Of a stretch of 64,000 bases of DNA, positions 53,016-64,000 are shown piece by piece. The stretch comes from Octopus sinensis (Eukaryota). Made by a program: the position numbers and the translations under genes. How positions within the stretch are numbered: position 1 is the stretch's first letter; each line of letters starts with the position of its first letter. The stretch spans positions 124,001 to 188,000 of the forward strand of contig NW_021832230.1 in the NCBI RefSeq assembly GCF_006345805.1, written 5' to 3'. The notes beneath the pieces are model-generated. The model did no database searches. It saw only the letters and a list, made by a program, of their open reading frames with translations, and was not told the origin of the DNA.

Positions 53016-55217
53016 GTCAAAATAGTATTTATCATCCGCAGAACGCAAAACACGTATTTATATTGTTTGTGAAGACGTAAATTACGGCAATTTTTGCGAA
53101 TTTACGTCTTTTTTATTAAAACGGCGTCAAGTCCGGTTTGTTTTAAGTGTTAAATCGTAATTATTAAATACTAGCTCAGCAGTTCGCTTCGCTCACTGCG
53201 AGCTAGCTCCTGCGGAGGCCCTGCTCGCTACGCTCGCAGTTTCCTTAAATAACTATAAATTTATGTAGATATATAAATGCGACCTGCTTTGATATAACCT
53301 TATTCTAAGGCCTGTGGATAAACGATGTTTGCAGTCCGTCCATCCTTGGCAAATATAAATAAATTTTCTCTTCTACCTACCCTTGAGCACCCCACATACA
53401 GCTGGCCATGTGAAAAGCACTCGTTCTCTAAAAATAAGCCTACTACCTTTAAAGACTGTCCCTGGGCCTTGTTTATTGTCATAGCAAAACTTATCTTCAG
53501 CGGAAATTGTAGTCTCTTAAATCTAAAAGGTAATTCTTCCGAAATCAGAGGTATTCGTGGGATATAAACATCCTCACCTCTGTAATTACCTGTTAATATT
53601 GTCGCTTCTATTACGTTAGCCATCAAATTCTTGATAACCAACCTTGTACCATTGCATAATTTATTTTAAAGTTTTTTTGTTATTTTCTTTTTTTTATTTT
53701 TAAAAATTTTTTTTTTATTTTATGAATTTTTTTTTGTGTGTTTTATTTTTTTTATTTTTTATTTTTTGTGTGTCACCCACATCGACTAGATCAAACTATT
53801 ACAAGTTGCTAAAAAATTATAATCCTGAAAAATAATTGTGTTGAGGTGTCCAAAACAACTGAAGAGATTTTGGGGATAGGAAAACAAACTCAATACCACA
53901 GAGAGCAGGTGTAAATTCATTTATCTTAATAATAAAATGGTATGGTGTGTGTCTGTCTGTCTGTGTGTGCACACCAACTTCAAATTGGCAATACGATGTC
54001 CTCGACTTACATGATGAGGTCCTTAAAACCTTCCCCCCAAAAAAAATTAAAAAAAATTTTTCTGCGTTTTGGTCAAAATGAACAACTACGATGTCCTCGA
54101 CTTACATGATGAGGTCCTTAAAACCTCCCCCCCCCAAAAAAAATTAAAAAAAATTTTCTGCATTTTGGTTAAAATGAACAACTACAATGTCCTCGACTTA
54201 CATGATGAAGTCCTTAAAACCTTCCCCCCCAAAAAAATTAAAAAAAAATTTTCTGCATTTTGGTTAAAATGAACAACTACAATGTCCTCGACTTACATGA
54301 TGAAGTCCTTAAAACCTTCCCCCCAAAAAAAATTAAAAAAAATTTTCTGCATTTTGGTTAAAATGAACAACTACAATGTCCTCGACTTACATGATGAAGT
54401 CCTTAAAACCTTCCCCCCCAAAAAAAATTTAAAAAAATTTTCTGCATTTTGGTTAAAATGAACAACTACAATGTCCTCGACTTACATGATGAAGTCCTTA
54501 AAACCTTCCCCCCAAAAAAATTAAAAAAAAATTTTCTGCATTTTGGTTAAAATGAACAACTACGATGTCCTCGACTTACATGATGAAGTCCTTAAAACCT
54601 TCCCCCCCAAAAAAATTAAAAAAAAATTTTCTGCATTTTGGTTAAAATGAACAACTACGATGTCCTCGACTTACATGATGAAGTCCTTAAAACCTTCCCC
54701 CCAAAAAAATTAAAAAAAAATTTTCTGCATTTTGGTTAAAATGAACAACTACAATGTCCTCGACTTACATGATGAAGTCCTTAAAACCTTCCCCTCCAAA
54801 AAAATTAAAAAAAATTTTCTGCATTTTGGTTAAAATGAACAACTACAATGTCCTCGACTTACATGATGAAGTCCTTAAAACCTTCCCCCCCAAAAAAAAT
54901 AAAAAAAAAATTTTCTGCATTTTGGTTAAAATGAACAACTACAATGTCCTCGACTTACATGATGAAGTCCTTAAAACCTTCCCCCCAAAAAATCAAAAAA
55001 TTATTTTCTGCATTTTGATTAAAATGAACAACGCGAATGTCCTCGACATTCATGATGAGGTCCATTAAAACCTTCAAGGCAAAAATCTCACGTATTAAGA
55101 ATATCCTTGATGAAAACGAAGCGAGAATATTAAAACGATGAATGACGACTCCCATTATTCGCGATAAAGAAATTCAATTCATCCTATGTTTTTCTCTTTA
55201 AAAATAATTGCATATAT

Positions 55218-57193
55218 CAGTGGTTCTCAACCTTTTTTGTCCGCGGACCCCTTGTGAGTAAATGAAAAATTTCGCGGACCCCTTACATATTTATTAAGTT
55301 TTTTGTCAAAAAAATTTTACTTATCTAAAAACAAAATTTATTATTAAATCAATAGAGAAAATTAGTGAGAAGGTTGATATTGTTTTTTCGAGGCAATTTT
55401 GTCAATAAGAGGCTCGGTTGTCGACAAGCAAACCCTGATGTCATCTTCAATATTCAGTCTTGCGCGATGATTATTTTTTATATTGAGAAGTGCTGAGAAG
55501 CCATGTTCGCATAAATATGTTGTCGGGAATATAAGCAACAAATTTAATGCATTTTCGCTTACGGAAGGATAATGCTTACACATTTCGCACCAAAATCTTG
55601 ATAAAGCAAGTTTTTCATACAAATCTTTTGCGTTTGAATTATTGATCATGTCAATAAAAGCCTCTTCGATATTTTCATCGACCAAACGTGGATCAACACT
55701 GAATGGTGTACGAATTAATTTCAAATCAATTTCGTTCAATTCTGGAAAGTATTTATTTACTTCTTGTTGAAGATATGTTAAATGTGCATAAATAAGTTCG
55801 GTTATTTTTTTGATTTCAAATGCATCTATATTTACAGATTGTTCTTCAAAAGATTCAAACATAGTAAAATTATTTAGTTTTACTTTTTCTTTCCACAGTG
55901 TTAACTTCATCAAAAAAGCACTAATAATTAATATGAAACAGTTAACAAACTTAATTTTATCCACAAAATCAATTATTGTTTCATGTCTTCCCTGAAGCGA
56001 TTTGTTGAGTGAATTTATACGAAAGAAGACATCTCTCAAGTAAGCAAGTTTAGATAGCCATGAACTATCTATCCATTAATTTCGAAATAAATTCCGATGA
56101 TTTGGAATTGTTTTCGCGAATAAAATATTCAGATAATTCATTCCTCAAAGGAAAAACTCTGGCAAGAATGTTTCCCCGAGATAGCCATCTCACCTCAGTG
56201 TGGAATAAGAAAGCCTTTCCATCATTTTCAAATTCTTCGCAAATAAGTCTGAAAATGCGCGAATTTAAAGCACTCTTTTTAATATAATTTATGATATGTA
56301 CGACATCATCGAGAACATATCTTAAATCTGAAGGTAATGTTTTTGCAGCAAGTAACGAGCAAATATTATTAATTGAGCACAGTTCGCTACATCGGTGGAT
56401 TCATCAACTTGTATAGCGAAATTTTGATGGCATGAAGTTTTTATTTGTTCTACCACCTGAAATAAATAATATAATATCAATAACCTGACACTTAATATTT
56501 TCTGACATTTCAGAAATTCGTCGATGAACAGTATCATTCGATAATGGTATTTCCGAAATCATATTTTCAGCATGAGTGCCAATAAGAGTACGTACTATGT
56601 ATTTACAACAAGGAAGAATCAGTTTTTCGGCAATATTATGAGGTTTCTTTTCTTTCGCTATACGTAATGAGATCATGTAAGATGCTAATAGCATGGAATT
56701 ATCAGAAGGCAAAGTTTGTATGAAACGAGTCAATACTTGATTTTTCATCATTTTACGCAAAGAAATAAAATAATCCTTATTTTTGTGGATTAGATGGGGA
56801 TGACATGTGCGCAAGTGTCTCACAAGAGTTGTTGGTTTCATGCTATTGTGTGACAGAATTTTCATGCACACAACACATTTTTGGCTTTCAAATCCATCTT
56901 TATCAATACAAATAAACCCATATTTTATATAATCAGGATTATATTTGCGTATCTTAATAACATTCGAGGAATTCATATCAATAGCGTGCATAAAAATTTT
57001 ATTAAAATATATTAATTTATAATATATCTAAAAGAGATATTATTAATTATGATTTAATTATATTATATATTAATTTAAAATTGTTATCATTAAATAGAAA
57101 CATTTAAATAAAGTTTCAGAAAAATCTCGCGGACCCCCTGGAATCTTTCGCGGACCCCTAAGGGGTCCGCGGACCCCAGGTTGAGAACCACTG
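55218..57193 (-). mobile_element. Buster-type hAT transposon, internally deleted, inserted in Helitron copy 2
   Basis: TIRs CAGTGGTTCTCAACC; 8-bp TSD GCATATAT (55210-55217, 57194-57201), present once at the empty site in Helitron copy 1 (9311-9318). Transposase RKYNPDYIKYGF..CVVC, IQVDESTDV, HTEVRWLSRG, FPTTYLCEHGFS with introns at 56457-56484 and 55921-55950. Confidence 0.92.
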
Positions 57194-57272
57194 GCATATA
57201 TCATTATCGACCATGAATCAAAATTAAAGCTATTATCATATTTGACTTTGACAGAATGTGCAATCACAGATT

Positions 57273-57780
57273 GCACGACTTTGAATAGAGTGTGCAATTA
57301 ACAGATTTTGAAAAACCACTTTGATAGTTGAAACCACATTAGCACAATCATTAACACAATTTACCACCAATTGACGCACGACCTTGAATAGAGTGTGCAA
57401 TTAACAGATTTTGAAAAACACTTTGATAGTTGAAACCACATTAGCACAATCATTAAAACAATTTACCACCAATTGACGCACGACCTTGAATAGAGTGTGC
57501 AATTAACAGATTTTTAAAAACACTTTGATAGTTGAAACCACATTAGCACAATCATTAACACAATTTACCACCAATTGACACGACCTTGAATAGAGTGTGC
57601 AATTAACAGATTTTTAAAAACACTTTGATAGTTGAAACCACATTAGCACAATCATTAACACAATTTACCACCAATTGACGCACGACCTTGAATAGAGTGT
57701 GCAATTAACAGATTTTTAAAAACCTTTGATAGTTGAAACCACATTAGCACAATCATTAACACAATTTACCACCAATTGAC
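57273..57780 (+). repeat. ~100-bp tandem array (5 units) inside Helitron copy 2
   Basis: Unit GCACGACCTTGAATAGAGTGTGCAATTAACAG..ACCACCAATTGAC; about 2 units in copies 1 and 3. Confidence 0.92.
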
Positions 57781-58468
57781 AGCGCAATCAGAAGAATTTG
57801 CGTAAAAATATTAACTATTTACTTGAGTTTTTCGTAAAGATAGAATTTATTTTCGGTATGCCTCTTTTCCTAAACTTTTTTATTATTCAAAAATAATTTT
57901 TTAAATAGATAACCGAAGGAGGAAAAACGAAGCTGAAGAAAAAACGGTCAGCTTAATAAGGTAATTAATTAAATCTTTTTTGTGTGTCGCTTTTTTGTGT
58001 GTCGCTTTCTTGCCTGCCGCATCTCTGCCTGCCGCATTTCCGCCTGCCGCATCTCCCCCTGCCCCATTTCCGCCAGTAAAAAAAAAAAAAAGAAAAAAAA
58101 GGAAATTACAAAGGAAAAATGAAAAAATTAAATATAAAAAAAATAAACCACAAAAAATGAAAAAAAAAAGTTTGCAATGACAATAAACAAGCCCAGGGAC
58201 AGTCATTAAAGGTAGTTGGGTTATTTTTAGAGTGAGTGCTTTTCACATGGACAGCTGTATGTGGGATGCTCGAGGGTAGGCAGAAGAGAAAATTTATTCA
58301 TATATGCCAAGGAAGGACGGACGACAAACATCGTTTATCAACAGGCGATAGAATAGGGTTACATTAAACCAGGTAGTTTTATACATCTACATAAACTTAT
58401 AGTTGTTTGATGAAACAGGCCCTCCGCAGGAGCTAGGTCGCGGTGAGCGAAGCGAGCTGCCGAGCTAG

Positions 58469-59650
58469 TTTTTTTATATTTTTTTTCTTTTTTTGTGTTT
58501 TATTTTCTTTTTTTTATTTAAATTTTTTGTTTTATTTTTTAATTTTTTTCTTTTTTGGTGTTTTAGTTTCTTTTTTTTATTTAAATTTTTTGTTTTATTT
58601 TTTAATTTTTTTTTTTTTGTGTTTTTATTTTCTTTTTTTTTTTTATTTTTTAACTTTTTTTTTTTAATTTTTTTGTTTTTATTTTCTTATTTTTTGATTT
58701 TTTTGTGTTTTATTTTTTTTAACTTTTTTTTTATTTTTTAATTTTTTTTGTTTTTATTTTCTTATTTTTTGATTTTTTTGGGTTTTATTTTCTTTTTTTA
58801 TGTTTTAAATTTTTTTTTATTTTATGTTTTAAATTTTTTTTTCTTTTTTTTATTTTTTACTTTTTTTGTATTTTTTTTTTTTATTTTCTTATTTTTTTGC
58901 TTTTTTTGTGTTTTTATTTTCTTTTTTTATTTTTAAATTTTTTCTTTTTTTGTGTTTTATTTTTCCTTTTTTTATTTTTCGATTTTTTGTTTTTTATTTT
59001 CTTTTTTTGTCTTTTGCGGTGTTTTATTTTATTTTTTTATTTTTTGAATTTTTTTTTGTTTTTATTTTTTTATTTTTTGTTTTTTTTATTTTTTGTTTTT
59101 TTTATTTTTTGTTTTTTATTGTGTTTTTATTTTTTTATTCTTTTTTTTCTGTTTTATTTACTTTTTTTGATTTTTTTGTTTTATTTTCTTTTTTTATTTT
59201 TTATTTTTTTGATTTTTTTGTGTTTTTTTTCGATTTTTATTGTGTTTTTTTTTCATTTTTTTATTTTTTAAAGTTTTTTTTATTTTTTAATTTTTTTTAT
59301 TTTTTAATTTTTTTTATTTTTAATTTTTTTTTATTTTAAATTTTTTTATTTTTAAATTTTTTTATTTTTAAATTTTTTCTTTTTTGTCTTTTAGTTCTTT
59401 TTTTATTTATTAAGTTTTTTTTTTTTTTTTTGTTTTATTTTCTTTTTAATTTTTAAAGTTTTTTTTTCTTTTTTTGTCTTTTAGTTTCTTTTTTTTATTT
59501 ATTAAGTTTTTTTTTTTCTTTTTTTGTTTATTTTCTTTTTAATTTTTTAAGTTTTTTTTTTTTTTTTGGGCTTTATTTTCTTTTTTTATTTGTTAACTTT
59601 TATATTTGATTTTTTCGTGTTTCTTTGTAATTTCCTTTTTTTTTCTTTTT
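58469..59650 (+). repeat. ~1.2-kb strand-asymmetric T-rich low-complexity tract
   Basis: T-runs punctuated by single A/G/C, with internally repeated modules (e.g. TTATTTAAATTTTTTGTTTTATTTTTTAATT twice, TTTTTTGTCTTTTAGTT twice); a similar tract lies at 53660-53772. Confidence 0.9.
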
Positions 59651-61399
59651 TTATTTGGGTGAGATGGGGGGAAATGCGGAAATGCGGCAGGCAGAGATGC
59701 GGCAGGCAGAGATGCGGCAGGCGGAAATGCGGCAGGCAAGAAAGCGACACATAAAAAAGCAACAGGCAAGAAAGCGACACACAAAAAAGCAACAGGCAAG
59801 AAAGCGACACACAAAAAAGCGACAGGCAAGAAAGCGACACACAAAAAAGCGACAGGCAAGAAAGCGACACACAAAAAAGATTTGATTAATTACCTTATTA
59901 AGCTGACCGTTTTTTCTTCAGCTTCGTTTTTCCTCCTTCGGTTATCTATTAAAAAAATTATTTTTGAATAATAAAAAAGTTTAGGATAAGAGGCATACCG
60001 AAAATAAATTCTATCTTTACGAAAAACTTCTTTTCTTAAGGTCGTCTTCCCTCCTTCGGTTATCTATTGAAAAAATTATTTTTGAATAATAAAAAAGTTT
60101 AGGAAAAGAGGAATACCGAAAATAAATTCAATCTTTACGAAAAACTTAACTAAATAGTTAATATTTTTACGCAAATTCTTCTGATTGCGCTGTCAATGGG
60201 TGGTAAATGTGTTAATGATTGTCCTAATGTGGTTTCAACTATCAAAGTGTTTTTCAAAATCTGTTAATTGCACACTCTATTCAAGGTCGTGCGTCAATTT
60301 GTGGTAAATTGTGTTAATGATTGTGCTAATGTGGTTTCAACTATCAAAGTGGTTTTTCAAAATCTGTTAATTGCACACTCTATGATAATAGCTTTAATTT
60401 TGATTCATGGTCGTTAATGATATATGCATTTAACTTTAAAGAGAAAAACATAGGATGAATTGAATTTCTTTATCGCGAATAATTGGGAGTTCATCATTGT
60501 TAATATTCTCGCTGTCGTTTTCATCAAGGATATTCTTAATACGTGAGATTTTTGCCTGGAAAGTTTTAATGGACCTCATCATGAATGTCGAGGACATCCG
60601 CGTTGTTCATTTTAATCAAAATGCAGAAAATAATTTTTTGATTTTTTGGCGGGAGGTTTTAAGGACCTCATCATGTAAGTCGAGGACATCGTAGTTGTTC
60701 ATTTTAACCAAAATGCAGAAAATTTTTTTTTAATTTTTTTTGGGGGGGGAAGGTTTTAAGGACCTCATCATGTAAGTCGAGGACATCGTAGTTGTTCATT
60801 TTAACCAAAATGCAGAGAAAATTTTTTTTAATTTTTTTGGGGGGGAAGGTTTTAAGGACCTCATCATGTAAGTCGAGGACATCGTAGTTATTCATTTTAA
60901 CCAAAATGCAGAGAAAATTTTTTTTAATTTTTTTTGGGGGGAAGGTTTTAAGGACCTCATCATGTAAGTCGAGGACATCGTAGTTGTTCATTTTAACCAA
61001 AATGCAGAAAATTTTTTTTAATTTTTTTGGGGGGAAGGTTTTAAGGACCTCATCATGTAAGTCGAGGACATCGTAGTTGTTCATTTTGACCAAAACGCAG
61101 AAAAATTTTTTTTAATTTTTTTTGGGGGGAAGGTTTTAAGGACCTCATCATGTAAGTCGAGGACATCGTATTGCCAATTTGAAGTTGGTGTGCACACACA
61201 GACAGACAGACAGACACACACCATACCATTTTATTATTAAGATAAATGAATTTACACCTGCTCTCTGTGGTATTGAGTTTGTTTTCCTATCCACCAAAAT
61301 CTCTTCAGTTGTTTTGGACACCTCAACACAATATTTTTCAGGGATTATAATTTTTTAGCAACTTGTAATAGTTTGATCTAGTCGATGTGGGTGGATGTG

Positions 61400-61600
61400 A
61401 AAAAGGCAAATGTTGAAATGCCTACTCCGTTGAGTGTTTGCGAAGACTCCTTCGTGGTTTATAAAATTTTTTGCAACTGTGTTAGACAGAATGTGCATCC
61501 ACACTACAACAAATCCTAGAGAGGAGCACATTACATAGCGACAGCATATTTCCATTGCTGTTTTTCGTGTGTCTAGAACTGGTGTGCAGAGTCCTCACTG
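61400..61600 (+). mobile_element. Very degenerate CRE/RLE-type 3' remnant
   Basis: TTTNPREEHIT*RQHISIAVFR resembles the TGDPRE..QRISIAVQRG C-terminal motif. Confidence 0.45.
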
Positions 61601-63479
61601 CCTAATTCGAACAAATGTCGATCGAGCATAATGAAAAGTGTTATAGCACTAACCATCTCATATTCATAGTCGATATTAAACTGTTCCCTCAGTCTTCGGG
61701 GTTAGAGTCCTTTCCTGGCATATAGTCAGCGAGGAGCGCTAGATTGCATATTTTAGGAGGTCTACAAAACCAGAGAAGAGGAGGAAGAAGGGAAGAAGGT
61801 GCATGGAGTCCAACTCCCTGTTTACTTCAAAGCTCAGGGTTTAGCTAAACAATTAATTAGCTAATTAGTTTCTTTTTATTAATTAAGTGAGTTTTCATGG
61901 AAGCCATAATAAGATTGTGATATTTATTAAAATTTTAATAAAAAAGTCTAACAGATTAAAAACTACTCTGTTTAAAGTAATATATCAAATGGTTTTAAGC
62001 AAACACCTCAAATCTTCATTACAGTTTTTTCTGTATGCAAAGAGAGGTGGGAGATGGTTCTCCCAGATCCCATTTGTCAACCTCTTACCGTCGCCGAGAA
62101 AAAACTTCATTTGTTTCCGGCAAAGATTTTATCATAATGAAGAGTTTTAATTAATAATGTAAGCAGGAAGGTAGAAGGGGGGTTTGTCAGTGAAAAGAAC
62201 CGTGAAAAAATCGAAAAAATTCAAGAAAGATTTCGGAAAGCACTACAAGGACCGAATGAACATCTATCCATCGCCTCATTTAAAGAAATCATTTAAAGAA
62301 ATTAAAGACAAAAAAATTTCTTAAGTTAAAAAATTTTCTATTACTTTAAACAATGCAATTTTTGGCATACTATGTATTAATTAAATTTGCTATTCTTCTC
62401 TAAAGTCACTCCAAAATAATTTAGCACTTACTTCACTAGGATTGGTTTCCCATTTAATAATGTCCAAGGTTTGAAGATATTATACCCTAATCAAAAACGC
62501 TAAAGCAAAGCAAAATTTGTCACAACAGCACCTTGGAACTATTTATACTTGAAAAAGTGAATAGAGAAACAATAAGGATTAAAATTAATTTGAAACTACT
62601 AATTTTTCTTTTTTCTACGTCGATTGTGTGTTCTATAATAAATTTATAGTATTTAAATACCTTGAACAATATATCTTTCCTCCATTTCCACTACAAAAAG
62701 GTCGTTGTTGATAAAAAGACAACGCGGTTGAATCAATATTTGCAGACGGAGGAGGTAAATTTTGAGGATCCATTTCGACTATTGGGATAATTTAAGACGA
62801 TTAAATACTTGGGCCTACCCCTGTAAATTTCTTCTTTTTCGTAAAGTGCTCTTTTCTATTAACCCATGTTATGGCTTCCTCGTCATACTATATGTACTTT
62901 GTGTTAATTATATAACAACCATTGAAGATTTCCGGATCTGTCGACCGGGATTTCTCAGAAATTTAACTGCGTAGAAACTTCTAACCATTAAATTCGGTCT
63001 ATGGGAGTCATTAAATCATTTAAATTAATATATTAAAATAGAACAAATCTTAAATCAGTAAATGTATTAATGACAGAACTAACCACAGGGATGTAAATTA
63101 ATAAATAATTTATTTAGAATAATTAAAATAATTTTTAAATTTTTATTATAAACTATAATAAAGTTAAGAAAGAATTATTGTTGTGCGAAGAGATATGATT
63201 GAGTAGTCCCGCAAAGAATGGCAATCTAAATTGTTTTTCAGAGCCATGACTATTTCTCTGACTTAATTAAACAAAAAATGACCAGAACTAAAAAGATGCT
63301 AAATTTTTACTTTTTTGGCGGTTCTTCTAAAAGAGGGAAGCTGCCATCAAATAAATCAAATGCAACCAGGATTACCCTGGTTAAGGCCTGCTCTTTTTGA
63401 AAATGGGTAGCAGAGCTGATAGTTTTGTCGGCACACTTTAGATGGATGTATTTAACATTAATAAGACGAAAATGAAGGA

Positions 63480-63790
63480 AACCCGATCTTTGTATTAACA
63501 CAGTAGTTATAAAATCAGTTGAAAATCTAAAATATCTCGGAATAATTTTGGATGCATCTGGATCATTTAAAATTTATATAATAAACAGAAAGAACAAAGC
63601 TACCTTAATGTTGAAAGCTCTTATATGATTTTGGTTGAAACCGGAAACCTTCCTATACGTATACTCTGCCTTTATACTGCCTATCCTGATCTATGGATTT
63701 CAAGGATGGTTCAAAAGCTGCGAAGAAAAAAAAATTGAACTTTTGGAGAAAACGCGGAGATATGCCATTAAAATGGGGCGTGGCTCGATT
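63480..63790 (+). mobile_element. LINE RT C-terminal fragment
   Basis: IKSVENLKYLGIILD..YSALILPILIYG..IELLEKTRRYAIK. Confidence 0.7.
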
Positions 63791-64000
63791 TAAAATCAAA
63801 ACTGACCCCAAAGTTGAAGAAAATTGTACGATCCATTGAAAAATTGTTGCATTCCTTAAGTAAATAATAGTGCATTAATAAAATAAGTCCTAATCGGCTG
63901 GTTACTGGTTTTGTGCTGTGCTGTCGCTATTTAGGAGTGTTGAAGACAGGTGCAGATGATATAATCAAAAATATTAAAGAGGAAATGCAAAATCGTATCG

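Larger units (their letters stand above)
53773..58468 (+). mobile_element. Non-autonomous Helitron, copy 2, with a ~150-bp 5' extension
   Basis: TCTTAATAAT at 53924 preceded by 53773-53923, the reverse complement of 61243-61395; ~12 units of the 95-bp array, 5 units of the ~100-bp array, helicase remnant 58190-58350, CTAG|T end at 58465-58468. Confidence 0.88.
53171..61242 (-). mobile_element. Non-autonomous Helitron, copy 3 (inferred outer element; its 3' helicase end is a diverged subfamily)
   Basis: A|TCTTAATAAT 5' end at 61242 with (GTCT)n and ~7 units of the 95-bp array; helicase remnant ORF 53300-53641 (LCNGTRL..FAMTINKAQGQS..HGQLYV); hairpin and CTAG|T 3' end at 53171. Joining the two ends into one element is an inference from the matching low-complexity tract on both sides of copy 2. 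Confidence 0.65.

Noticed and set aside
57901-59885. Phe-, Lys- and Cys-rich ORFs
   Set aside because: Translations of low-complexity T/A tracts and 15/30-bp repeats.
62040-63480. Possible additional LINE pieces (IKYLGLPL at ~62810)
   Set aside because: Isolated motifs amid stops; boundaries not definable.

Overview
AT-rich eukaryotic DNA, most likely from an animal (Otx homeobox gene, ETS-domain remnant, axonemal dynein). Four apparently intact genes were parsed by hand: an Otx-type homeobox gene (421-1277, -), a complete DNAH5/8-type outer-arm dynein heavy chain (19702-35658, +; 81 exons, 4553 aa), a compact YTHDC1 m6A reader (36194-37206, -) and SPTLC1 (48312-49867, -). Their introns are tiny: all 80 dynein introns are 25-34 nt, 20 of them end in AAG and 3 start with GC; the shortest intron in the window is 23 nt. 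The rest is a dense transposon thicket. It includes an 11.2-kb five-deep nest (Buster-hAT > Tc1 > SPIN-type hAT > Ginger-like > Helitron, plus two CRE retroposons) whose junctions are mostly fixed by TIRs/TSDs, several CRE-clade RT-RLE retroposons, TG..CA integrase transposons with 5-bp TSDs, and three copies of a satellite-bearing non-autonomous Helitron, two arranged as a nested inverted pair sharing a 150-bp 5' flank. Four DNA transposases carry host-style 25-30-nt introns. Two decayed signalling-domain genes (SH2, ETS), missed or only partly caught by the ORF track, lie at 51.1-53.0 kb. All parsing is manual, family names rest on motif recognition without database searches, and the species cannot be determined from this window.
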